Shown: positions 7,910 through 16,984 of the stretch, piece after piece | Numbering within the stretch: the first letter of the stretch is position 1 | How the letters are laid out: each line of letters opens with the position of its first letter | Source of the DNA: Candidatus Hermodarchaeota archaeon | GTDB taxonomy: Archaea; Asgardarchaeota; Lokiarchaeia; Sigyniarchaeales; SOKP01 | Assembly (NCBI GenBank): GCA_048885925.1 | Contig: JBHLLG010000046.1 | Location: 1-22,880 of the forward strand | Direction of reading: 5' to 3' | Length of the DNA: 22,880 nucleotides | Notes under the pieces: model-generated | Told to the model about the DNA's origin: nothing | Database searches by the model: none | Seen by the model: only the letters and a program-made list of their open reading frames with translations | Translations under genes and position numbers: made by a program

Positions 7910-10183
7910 TTGCTTATTGGACGATTTAAACTTACAACAGTGAAATTTAAGGATCTGGCACCAATTTTATTAGTAATGGTATTACTATTCATATCGACTG
8001 CATGTGCCAATATGCTTATTCCGAGTTATGCAGTAATACAACAAGAGTTTAATATCCCTGAAGCATTAATAGCGATTCCTGATGCTTTTTTTGTATTAAT
8101 AAGTGCTTTTTTTGCATTATTATGGGGATATTGGGCAGATCGAATTGATAGAGGAAAAGTGCTTATAATAGGAGCATTTTCTTGGACTATAGGGATGTTT
8201 TTAACTGCTTTTTCATCCACCTATTTTATGTTAGTAATTTCAAGAGTATCAAGCGGAGCAGGATTAGGGTGTGTTTTGCCGGTAGGGTATTCAGTAATTT
8301 CAGATGCGATTCCTTCTGAAGAAAGATCAGGTTGGTTTGGTACTTTAGCCATTTTAAGTTCTATTTCTAATGGCGCTGGACAAGGATTGTCTTCATTTTT
8401 AGGTCCAATTTTCACATGGCGTTTTCCATTCCTTCTCTTTTCAGTAATAAGTGTAATAGTTATTTTTGTTCTCTTTTTTGCAAAAATTCCTAAACGTGGA
8501 GCAGGTGAAGATGAACTTCTAGAGTTAATGGAGTTGGATTTAGATTATAGTTATCGTATTTCCAAGGAAGATCTTGGAGATATTATAAAGAAAAAAACAA
8601 ATCTCCACTTAATTATTCAGGGATTTTTTTCCATCATTCCTGGTACCGTACTTGTATATTTTACGACTTCTATGTTGATGTTTCAATATTTCAATCAAAT
8701 TCCTTCAGAAATACGCTTGCAAACCGCGACTATTTTTGCTGGCATGATTGGAATTGGATATCTTCTTGGTAATGCTGTTTTTGCTCGTTTAGGAGATGTA
8801 TTATTTCGCCGAAATAAAAAAAATAGAGCTAGATTAGCTACTATATGTTTGATATTATCAATACCTTTTGCTGTTGTATTGCTTCTTTCATTAAGACCAA
8901 TTGATCCAACCACTCTTAATATAAATTATCCTGTATCAATTCCAACTGAAGATCTTTTTTCTTATATTATACGTACTATTAGCCAAATATTTATAGCCTA
9001 TCCTACCTATATTATCTTTTTTATTTTTGCTCTAATGGCATCAATGTTAGGGGCTGGACCAGTAGCAAATAGAAGTGCTATAATGATTGATGTTAATATG
9101 CCGGAACATAAGGGTACAGCTGCTTCCTTCTTTAAACTTTCCGAGCAAATAAGTAAAGGGATAACATTATTATTATCATATTGGCTTATATTTCTACTAG
9201 GAAGTATTTTTAATATGATATTTTTTACGATATTTTTTTGGATTCCAGCTGCAATATTATGGTTATTGGCGAGCAGAAGTGTAGAAAAAGACATGAGGTA
9301 TAAATCTCGGATTCTCTCTGAAAGAAAACAAGTTAGTTTAATTGATTATATATTTGAATTAGAAATTCAAATGGATAGAGCTATTCAAAAAGTTCAAGAC
9401 TCAAAATATTACATTAGAACTGATCCTAATAAATTCAATAAATTACTCGATGACGCCTTGAAGATCTTTAAATTCTGCGAAAAAGAAGGAGTATCACGGA
9501 GTATCACAAATATAGAAAAAAAGGCTCATATTATGTACTTAAGAATACTTTTAGTCAAACAAGAAACAAATAAAATATATAAACAACTTGATAACGAAGA
9601 TATAACTACTCAGGAAATGAATCAATTACAAAATGAATTGAGACAGCTTTTCTATAAGATTGGAGGTTGGGATAAAAGTACATTTGGAGAAATTCAGACA
9701 TATTATGAAGATGCTTATTTAAAAATTATTGAGGCAAGACTCAATAGTACAAATCATTTAATAAAAGGATTAGGAAAAATTGATGAAGCAATTAAAATCT
9801 ATGAACGAGTGAAATCTCTTTTAAATGAAAGATTAGAGATTGTCAATGAAAAACCTGATTTATCTGAGGAAGAATCAATTGTTAAAGATAAAGAACAAGA
9901 ACTATTGGATAAATGCTCTAAATCATTAAATGCTACACTTAAATTAAGAGAAGAATTAGAAAATGCATTTGATTATTTAGAAGAAGAAGGAATTCAAAAA
10001 GAAGATTTAAGGAAAATTTCAGATCTTACTCAAGAATACAATGTTCAAATTTATGATGTAATTGTAGATACGTTTCAGCATGATAAAAAGACAAAAAAGA
10101 TATTATTAGAAACTTCCAAGAAAATTGTAGACCTTTTTAACCAGTATGAAATGTGGAAAGAGACTGATTTTAAAGTTTTTTAG
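7910..10183 (+). CDS. MFS transporter with a ~290-aa C-terminal soluble helical extension
   Basis: About 12 TM helices with motif A (WGYWADRIDRG), SR..SGAG.G, D..PSEERSGWFG, TWRFPF and a second-half loop LGDVLFRR. After about residue 460 the protein is hydrophilic and helical. Start could be GTG 7940. Confidence 0.9.
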   Translation: MLIGRFKLTTVKFKDLAPILLVMVLLFISTACANMLIPSYAVIQQEFNIPEALIAIPDAFFVLISAFFALLWGYWADRIDRGKVLIIGAFSWTIGMFLTAFSSTYFMLVISRVSSGAGLGCVLPVGYSVISDAIPSEERSGWFGTLAILSSISNGAGQGLSSFLGPIFTWRFPFLLFSVISVIVIFVLFFAKIPKRGAGEDELLELMELDLDYSYRISKEDLGDIIKKKTNLHLIIQGFFSIIPGTVLVYFTTSMLMFQYFNQIPSEIRLQTATIFAGMIGIGYLLGNAVFARLGDVLFRRNKKNRARLATICLILSIPFAVVLLLSLRPIDPTTLNINYPVSIPTEDLFSYIIRTISQIFIAYPTYIIFFIFALMASMLGAGPVANRSAIMIDVNMPEHKGTAASFFKLSEQISKGITLLLSYWLIFLLGSIFNMIFFTIFFWIPAAILWLLASRSVEKDMRYKSRILSERKQVSLIDYIFELEIQMDRAIQKVQDSKYYIRTDPNKFNKLLDDALKIFKFCEKEGVSRSITNIEKKAHIMYLRILLVKQETNKIYKQLDNEDITTQEMNQLQNELRQLFYKIGGWDKSTFGEIQTYYEDAYLKIIEARLNSTNHLIKGLGKIDEAIKIYERVKSLLNERLEIVNEKPDLSEEESIVKDKEQELLDKCSKSLNATLKLREELENAFDYLEEEGIQKEDLRKISDLTQEYNVQIYDVIVDTFQHDKKTKKILLETSKKIVDLFNQYEMWKETDFKVF

Positions 10184-10188
10184 AATTT

Positions 10189-10455
10189 CTAATTACAAAA
10201 TTCTCCCATTAATAAATCGTGCATTTGAAGTTTTTCTTCTTGGGATAGCTCTCGGGATTTTTTTCCTTTATGATAGGTATAATCAGGGTTTTCTGGAGTA
10301 AAACATAGGTTAATCAAAAAAATAAGGCAATTTCTTATCCTTAACGAGTTCGATATTTCTTTATCGAGATCCTTCATTAATTTAATTAGGATTTTATACT
10401 TGGAAACCTCACTATTGCTAGAAGCTTTTAAGATTTTATCGTAACAATCGTCCAT
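10189..10455 (-). CDS. Small hypothetical protein (88 aa)
   Basis: ATG-started ORF in an otherwise empty space, convergent with the MFS gene, with plausible helical composition. Confidence 0.6.
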   Translation of the reverse strand: MDDCYDKILKASSNSEVSKYKILIKLMKDLDKEISNSLRIRNCLIFLINLCFTPENPDYTYHKGKKSRELSQEEKLQMHDLLMGEFCN

Positions 10456-10602
10456 TTTAAGAAGGGAATCTCTGAATTTATTTCTATTTTTATAATCTAT
10501 TCAATGCTTAAGCTGATAGATATTAAAATATATATTTATAAATATCTCTTTTCCATTTTCTCATAGGAAAAAAGGTATTTTAATAACTTTTTTATAATTG
10601 AA

Positions 10603-10878
10603 TCATTCATTCATTATTTCCACAAAAATTATTCCCATTCTCTTAGGAAATATTCCAATTCGATCTCCATTTTTAACTTCCCTTTTATCTCTGGAATATT
10701 TATGATTTACAAAAATATGACTAATTTCTTCTTGTGTTATGTTCAATTTATTTAAAACATCTGAAACCGTTTCGATTCCCTCCACATCAAAATTTAAAGT
10801 ACCTGAAATACATGTATTATCTTTTAAATGTGGCAACTTTTCTCTTAAATCCCCATATAACTTAATTGTAATAACCAT
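10603..10878 (-). CDS. MoaD/ThiS-like beta-grasp (ubiquitin-like) protein lacking the C-terminal GG
   Basis: ITIKLYGDLRE, TVSDVL.KL.I, IFVN, VKNGDRIGIFP pattern. Ends KRMGIIFVEIMNE instead of PVxGG. AAGGT SD-like site upstream. Confidence 0.8.
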   Translation of the reverse strand: MVITIKLYGDLREKLPHLKDNTCISGTLNFDVEGIETVSDVLNKLNITQEEISHIFVNHKYSRDKREVKNGDRIGIFPKRMGIIFVEIMNE

Positions 10879-11133
10879 ATTATATTAACCTTAAGCCTTG
10901 TCAATTCTATTTGATTAACTATATATTTCCTATTATTTATCTTAAAAAATGAATAAATGACACTACTTATGAATACAACAAGCCAGATTTAATATAAGTT
11001 TAAGTTTTATATATTAAAAGTAATTATCAAACAGTAAAAAGGAAGTCTAACTTAGTCTAAAAACCTAAAAATATAAATACTGTTAAATTTAATTAAAATT
11101 GTATTGCTAGAGAAATTATTAGACTATTTATTA

Positions 11134-11139
11134 GAGGAG
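11134..11139 (+). promoter_or_regulatory. Shine-Dalgarno-like site
   Basis: GAGGAG 4 nt upstream of ATG 11144. Confidence 0.55.
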
Positions 11140-11143
11140 TAAT

Positions 11144-11689
11144 ATGGACGAGGCTATTGATATAAGAGAACTTTTTTTAGATATTTTGGACATAGTTAAA
11201 TTTGAGCTTCGGTTTTATAAGGTAAAATCCAGCCCTCTTTTTGAGCGAATCGTCAAAACAAGAATTTTTCAGCAAAAACTCCAGAAATTGAAAGATTTTA
11301 TTAACCAGTATTTTGATATAATGTATAAAGATGAAGAGAGTCCAATAAATCAAGCAGCTCTTCAAACACAGCTTTCTAATATTGCTAGATTGACCAATTA
11401 TTATGATGATCTCTCTGATTTTTACACTGATCATACAAAAATAATGATTACAAGAGAAAAACTACAAGGATTAATAGATTATTCGCATATCGAGATACTT
11501 TTCCTTATATTCACTAATATTTTGGATTGGGAGCATTATAAGAGCTCTTTAATATTTCCTCAAGATAAGAATAAAGAGAAACTTTTAAAAGAATTTCTTG
11601 CGAAGATAGCAAGCACTGAGATAAAAGATATTGAGGATATTGTAGATTTAGAACAAACAATTGATTCATTTATCCATAGTGTTGCTTAA
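11144..11689 (+). CDS. Hypothetical all-helical soluble protein (181 aa)
   Basis: ATG with SD site and amphipathic helical pattern. No motif recognised. Confidence 0.75.
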   Translation: MDEAIDIRELFLDILDIVKFELRFYKVKSSPLFERIVKTRIFQQKLQKLKDFINQYFDIMYKDEESPINQAALQTQLSNIARLTNYYDDLSDFYTDHTKIMITREKLQGLIDYSHIEILFLIFTNILDWEHYKSSLIFPQDKNKEKLLKEFLAKIASTEIKDIEDIVDLEQTIDSFIHSVA

Positions 11690-11769
11690 ACTTAATGAAT
11701 TAGGAAAATCTTATAAACACCTTTTTTTCCCAATTATAATTTGGAGATTAAAAAATTGAATTAGAATAA

Positions 11770-12759
11770 TCATACCCTTAAAGGAAAGGTATGGTCAGGG
11801 ATAATAGGCTCTAAGTTTTTAATAGGGATTTTTGATCCCGTTCTTCTTTTTACTACTTTTTTGAAGATAATAGCTTTGACATGAATTTTTATAATTCTGA
11901 TAGGGCATCGAATCATAAATCTCATATTATTATTAGGCATTTTTCTAAGTTGAAGAAAATTAAGAAAGAAATTTCTAGCTTTTCCCTGTAAATTTGGCCT
12001 TTCAAAAGAAGTAAAGCGATCAACAATTTTATTTAAATTATTTGAATCTCGATAGCAGTAATAATTTGAAGCCTTTAAAGCCCACTTTATCGCATTTAAC
12101 TGATATTTTATGGAATTTAAGTTTTTGAGGAATGAAATTGCCAAAGCAAAAAGGGAGATCATAAGATTCATAACAGTACTTCTGATTATGTCAATCATAG
12201 TAATTTGAATATTTGGTCTAATCTTTTCTCTTAAATCATCTCCATATAGAATTGAGCTATTTGTTAATATATTTCCTAAAACAATCCTTCGAGGAGCGAA
12301 TACTGTGGAAAAAACTCTATTGACTCTAAATATCTTATGAAAGACAATATCTACCCAATATTTTTTTTTAGTTAAAAAATGGCTCACAAATATACCTGTT
12401 GTTTGGTTAATAACACCTAATATCTTCCTGGGAAGAGTTTCATCAAATTCTCTGAATTTATGTTTGATTTCCAAAGCAATAAAATATTTTTCTATTTCTT
12501 TAATGTGATGATTTGAGACTCTATCTTTAAAAATAACTAAAAGGTCGCAATCAGATAATCGAGTAGCTTCATTATCATTTTTTGCTAATTGGCTCCCAAA
12601 TAATAAAATTGATAAGACTTTATTAACTCCGACTTCTCTATTAATTAGTGTTATAATATCTTTAATATAATTTTGAGACTTTTCATTAAGATTATTCAAT
12701 CTATCTGATATTTCTTTCTTAATTTGATTATTACTCTCAAAAGATCTAGTTTTTTGCAC
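11770..12759 (-). CDS. Pol-beta superfamily nucleotidyltransferase (MNT-like) with a large basic helical C-terminal domain
   Basis: hhhFGS...SDCDLLVIF signature (GS...DxD) and ILYGDD closing the NTase core. Start codon (GTG) uncertain. Confidence 0.82.
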   Translation of the reverse strand: MQKTRSFESNNQIKKEISDRLNNLNEKSQNYIKDIITLINREVGVNKVLSILLFGSQLAKNDNEATRLSDCDLLVIFKDRVSNHHIKEIEKYFIALEIKHKFREFDETLPRKILGVINQTTGIFVSHFLTKKKYWVDIVFHKIFRVNRVFSTVFAPRRIVLGNILTNSSILYGDDLREKIRPNIQITMIDIIRSTVMNLMISLFALAISFLKNLNSIKYQLNAIKWALKASNYYCYRDSNNLNKIVDRFTSFERPNLQGKARNFFLNFLQLRKMPNNNMRFMIRCPIRIIKIHVKAIIFKKVVKRRTGSKIPIKNLEPIIPDHTFPLRV

Positions 12760-12944
12760 TGTAGATCATTGAAATAAAATTAGTATTGATATTGTGAAAG
12801 TCTTTTTTTTAATAGATTATAATTACAAGACTAAATTTGATTTTTATTTTAAATAATTTTAATATAGATAGCTATTCTATTAAAAATTTGTTTTATGAAG
12901 AACATTAAACTTTTTAAATTTTAGAATGGTTTTTAACAAATCAA

Positions 12945-13736
12945 TTAACGAAAATATGAATCTGGACCTATATCTTCTCGAGGTGGTTTCATAAATTGAT
13001 CTGCTTGTTTTTTGAATGATTCAAAAATATGTTCCATTTCTTCTATTTTTTCATTAAGCTTACTGAAATCCATTTCTATAGAAAAATAATCTTTTAGTAA
13101 AGAAACTAAAGCTTTTGAAGAGCGTGGATCTAAAGTCATCATTGGTAAAGGTAGAGTTTCTGCAAGCAAACATATTCCTGGAGCAAAATCATTTGCCCCT
13201 GCCCATGCTGGTAAAATGCCATTAGCTCCTGAAATATATCCCCCTTCATAGAGAATAGTATTTTCGAATTTCAAAAAAGATTGAACTAAGTCCTGATTTG
13301 TACCACAAACATAAACTAAAGGAGTATCATGAACTTTATCAGTAATCATAGCTCCAGTACTCACATACATTTTTATCTTTCCCCCAGTGACTTGATGCAT
13401 TTCTTCACAAAACCTTTTTGAAAACTCAAAAACCCCTTCAGGATTCTGAGGTTGATAAGAACTAGTAAGAATGAAAAAATCGTTTCCACCTTCTTTATCT
13501 GTAGCTTTATAATACAATTTTGCAGTAGGTATTTCTAATGAGCCCTTCTCAACAGTCGCTTTTGGAGGAAAATCAAAACACTGAAAACTCATAAATTCCT
13601 CCGCATTAATTGAATCTTTTATGGATGTAATTGCCAATTTAGCGACTAGGGCAATTCCTGGCCATCCTATTAAGATAATTGGATTTTTAATGTTCTCTTT
13701 TTCTATATCAAATTTTTTTTCAATATTTATATACAT
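12945..13736 (-). CDS. PAC2 family proteasome assembly chaperone
   Basis: NPIILIGWPGIALVAKLA, DFPP, YQPQ...G.FEF, ISGANGIL, GICLLAET, DPRSSKALV, IEMDFSKL, and a C-terminal acidic/Tyr tail (PDSYFR). Confidence 0.9.
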   Translation of the reverse strand: MYINIEKKFDIEKENIKNPIILIGWPGIALVAKLAITSIKDSINAEEFMSFQCFDFPPKATVEKGSLEIPTAKLYYKATDKEGGNDFFILTSSYQPQNPEGVFEFSKRFCEEMHQVTGGKIKMYVSTGAMITDKVHDTPLVYVCGTNQDLVQSFLKFENTILYEGGYISGANGILPAWAGANDFAPGICLLAETLPLPMMTLDPRSSKALVSLLKDYFSIEMDFSKLNEKIEEMEHIFESFKKQADQFMKPPREDIGPDSYFR

Positions 13737-13754
13737 TTTTTTTATTTCTTTTTT

Positions 13755-14852
13755 TTATTCACTAATAAATGAAAAACTTTCTCCACATTTAGGACAAAAT
13801 TTCTTTGGTGAACTAATAAAATGTCCACAGAAAGGGCAATAAAAATTACCTTTAATTTGTGTTCCTAGTCGTGGTTCATTATTTTCACTAACTATATATG
13901 ATTCTTGTTGTTGTGGATATTCTTCTTGGTCGAATTGGCTGTTAGGATAATATTCATATTTGGTTTGAAAATCTGAATCTTTTTTGGCCTTTAAAGATGA
14001 AAATAGCGCTGTTAATAAACAAATCCACAACGGAGCAAATAGAATATCTATTATACTATAGATTATTTGAAAGAGAATTAACATGCCATAATTTCTAGTT
14101 GCAGGATCATACCAGCTATTTCTATTCGCAATAAATGAAGCTGAATCTGCATTTATGGCAATATCGATAACAAAAGAATAAATAAAGCTAATTATTGAAA
14201 TAATAATTACATTAATTATAAAAAATCCAATAATTTTCCAAAAAGCACCTCTTGCTATCTCACGAGCTTCCTTTATAGGATTTTGATTATCTTTTATTTT
14301 ATTATCTTTAATATTATAAGTAAACACTAAAAAAATATAAAATCCAAATATGATAATTGCCGGGATAAATAATAAAGAACTAATTGGCAAACATATTCCA
14401 ATTATTAAAATTACTAAAAGTATTTTTTTATTAAAAGCAGATTTGAATGATTCTATAAATCTTGTATCCTCTTTCATATATCTCCTAAAAACATAATTAC
14501 TGACTGAGCACATGGCAATTGTAATGATAATCGCCCCTAAAAGATTTTGAAGAAAAAATTGTGCAAGACTCATAAAAATAAAGGAAGACAATATATTCGA
14601 TTCACTTTCAGTAAGAGGAACACCTCCAACCAAATCTTCCATTATTTCGCTAGCTGTTATTCCTAAAGAGTCAATTTTAAATGTTAAATCTGTAAATAAA
14701 AAAACATCTAAAACAATGAGTATAAGTTGAAAAAGGGCGAGTGGTACGATAATATTTCGATAAATTTGAAAAAATAATTTGAAACCGTCTGAGAGAATTT
14801 CACTAAAACTCTTATTTGCCAAATTTGCCAATCGATAAGAATCAATCTCCAT
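13755..14852 (-). CDS. Multi-pass membrane protein with C-terminal zinc ribbon
   Basis: About 6 hydrophobic helices, a Q/E/Y-rich linker, then CPFCG-x9-CPKCG at the C-terminus. Stop lies 18 nt before the PAC2 start. Confidence 0.85.
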   Translation of the reverse strand: MEIDSYRLANLANKSFSEILSDGFKLFFQIYRNIIVPLALFQLILIVLDVFLFTDLTFKIDSLGITASEIMEDLVGGVPLTESESNILSSFIFMSLAQFFLQNLLGAIIITIAMCSVSNYVFRRYMKEDTRFIESFKSAFNKKILLVILIIGICLPISSLLFIPAIIIFGFYIFLVFTYNIKDNKIKDNQNPIKEAREIARGAFWKIIGFFIINVIIISIISFIYSFVIDIAINADSASFIANRNSWYDPATRNYGMLILFQIIYSIIDILFAPLWICLLTALFSSLKAKKDSDFQTKYEYYPNSQFDQEEYPQQQESYIVSENNEPRLGTQIKGNFYCPFCGHFISSPKKFCPKCGESFSFISE

Positions 14853-14994
14853 AATCCTTATAAAAAAATCATGCTATTTTAAAATTTATTATAATTTTTT
14901 ACACAAAGATATAATTTAATAAATGATTCATTTTTATAGAAGTAATTTAATCAATTAAGTATTATCAATCACAATTCAATCAATTTGTACATTT

Positions 14995-16881
14995 ATGATT
15001 ATTAAAAAAAAACGTTCTCGTCAAATTCCAGGTATAATTTCGTATATGGAATTATTTTCATCAAAAAAACTAGCTTATTCTATGTTTTTTCTCACACCAG
15101 TTATACTGGGTTTAATTTCTTTGTTGTTTAATTACTTCTTAATAATTAGATATATTGACCTACTTCATTTTATTCGTTTTATTTTTCTTTTTTGGGTTAC
15201 TTCAGGTAGTGGTACTTTTTTTTCCATAGTATTTTATTCAAAAAAAGCGCCTATATTAAGGGCACCACCAAAAGGGTGGACAATTCAAATGAATACCTTT
15301 TTCAGTGTTATAATGGAGATTACATTCATATTTGGTCAGGTTGTCGCAATTCTATTAAATAACATTTGGTTTCAAGAGGTTTTTCTTATTTTAGGGACTA
15401 TCCTTTCATACATTGTTGCATTTGTTATTTATTTTTCATTTACAACAGTGGGACGACCAGGTTATTTAATTTTATCTTTAGTTCAACCTATCGCAGCTAT
15501 AATTCTTTATAGTCTTTATGCTGGAAATTTTGAAATTGATTTTATTATCAAAGCAATGATTTTTTTTGTAGTATGCGCTCTATTATTTGCAGTTCCCTAT
15601 AGAAGAGGTCTATTTCAAGTAAGTAATATTTTTAAAGAAGTAACTGGAATGGGGGGATATCCTTTTATAAGAGCATTTATTCTTTCAATGCTAACTGAAG
15701 GGAATGATGATCTAATTGAAAGTTATTTTGACAAGGTTGGTATAGAATCCGATGCAAAAATCCAATATATTTTTATCCGAAGTGTAAAAACCAAAAAATT
15801 AAAAGGATTTTTTGTTATTCCAAATATTCATTTTGGACCTTTTAAAACTTGTGGCTCATCCGCTTTGCCAGAATATATATACCAAGAATTTAACGAAATT
15901 CCTGGTACTACTGTTTATCATACCACTAATGATCACTCTCAGAATTTAACCACTCAACGATATGTTAAAAAAATAATTAAGAAAATCAAAATAGATGTCA
16001 ATGAGATTAAAACGGATAATGAAATTAAATGGATTAAGGAAGTTAAGGGTTTTACTCGAAAAATTTCTAATTCAGCTAAATTAATTGGTACAGAAATAGG
16101 GAATGTTCCAATTGTGTTTATAACTAGACATCCACTCCCTTCCGATGATATTGAAAAAGATGTCGGAGAGGATATACGAAAGATTGCTTTTTATAACAAT
16201 TATGATGATATAATTGTTATAGATTCTCATAATGCAATTATTGGTGATGAGATTTTAATAAAAAAAGACTCCATCGAGGCAAAAGATTTGATCGACGTTT
16301 CAAAAAAATATATGGAGAGTGAGAACATAAAAAACATTCCAAAAGTTCCAATGTTATATGGGGTAGCAAAGGATAGTTTGAGTGAATATTCTGAAATTCA
16401 AGGGATTGGAGGAGGGGGCCTAGTAATTCATTTATTTAAGAATTCAAAAACTGGACAAAAAACTGTTTTTATACATTTTGATGCTAATAATGCCTATGTA
16501 GATATCAGATCTTATATTCTCAATGAATTGCAAAATAGAGGAATAGAACGAGGAGAAATTACTACATCAGATTCACATACAGTTGCACGCCAATTTTCAG
16601 AGAGAGGTTATTCTCCAATAGGAGATAAAATTAAAATTGATTATATTCTTGAAAAAATAGATACATTAATTAAAATTGCTGAAAAAGATTTAGAGCCAGT
16701 TGAATTTTTTTATAAACATTCAATTGAGAGGGTTAAAATTTGGGGCAACCCTCAGTATTTTAATGCTATACTTGATACACTTAGAGAGTGCCTGAAAGTT
16801 TCTCAAAGTTTATTAACAATAAGTTTAATTGCGCCAACATTCTTTTCATTGATATTATTGATATTTTTATATAATATCTAA
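14995..16881 (+). CDS. DUF2070 family membrane protein (predicted metal-dependent hydrolase-like domain)
   Basis: About 6 N-terminal TM helices, a soluble domain with PNIHFGPF..CGSS.LP, H...DH, SDD, IDSHNA, DANN and TSDSH, and a final TM helix. Confidence 0.88.
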   Translation: MIIKKKRSRQIPGIISYMELFSSKKLAYSMFFLTPVILGLISLLFNYFLIIRYIDLLHFIRFIFLFWVTSGSGTFFSIVFYSKKAPILRAPPKGWTIQMNTFFSVIMEITFIFGQVVAILLNNIWFQEVFLILGTILSYIVAFVIYFSFTTVGRPGYLILSLVQPIAAIILYSLYAGNFEIDFIIKAMIFFVVCALLFAVPYRRGLFQVSNIFKEVTGMGGYPFIRAFILSMLTEGNDDLIESYFDKVGIESDAKIQYIFIRSVKTKKLKGFFVIPNIHFGPFKTCGSSALPEYIYQEFNEIPGTTVYHTTNDHSQNLTTQRYVKKIIKKIKIDVNEIKTDNEIKWIKEVKGFTRKISNSAKLIGTEIGNVPIVFITRHPLPSDDIEKDVGEDIRKIAFYNNYDDIIVIDSHNAIIGDEILIKKDSIEAKDLIDVSKKYMESENIKNIPKVPMLYGVAKDSLSEYSEIQGIGGGGLVIHLFKNSKTGQKTVFIHFDANNAYVDIRSYILNELQNRGIERGEITTSDSHTVARQFSERGYSPIGDKIKIDYILEKIDTLIKIAEKDLEPVEFFYKHSIERVKIWGNPQYFNAILDTLRECLKVSQSLLTISLIAPTFFSLILLIFLYNI

Positions 16882-16984
16882 CTTCCTAAAAAATGCTTAA
16901 TAATAAAAAAAATTTCAAAATTTATATAATTCAAACTCTTAATCTTTATTTATAGAAATAAAACATAATCAAGATTAAAAAAAT

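Noticed and set aside
3305-9294. Short minus-strand ORFs at 3305, 4406, 4769, 6032, 8026, 8221, 8695 and 9007
   Set aside because: All lie antisense to well-supported genes and carry no motifs.
12361-12369. Homopolymer A/T runs in coding regions as phase-variation or frameshift sites
   Set aside because: Such runs are common in this AT-rich DNA, encode Lys/Phe tracts, and the frames are intact.
14286-14309. Short duplication encoding IKDNKIKDN
   Set aside because: A two-copy micro-duplication in a loop with no sign of function.
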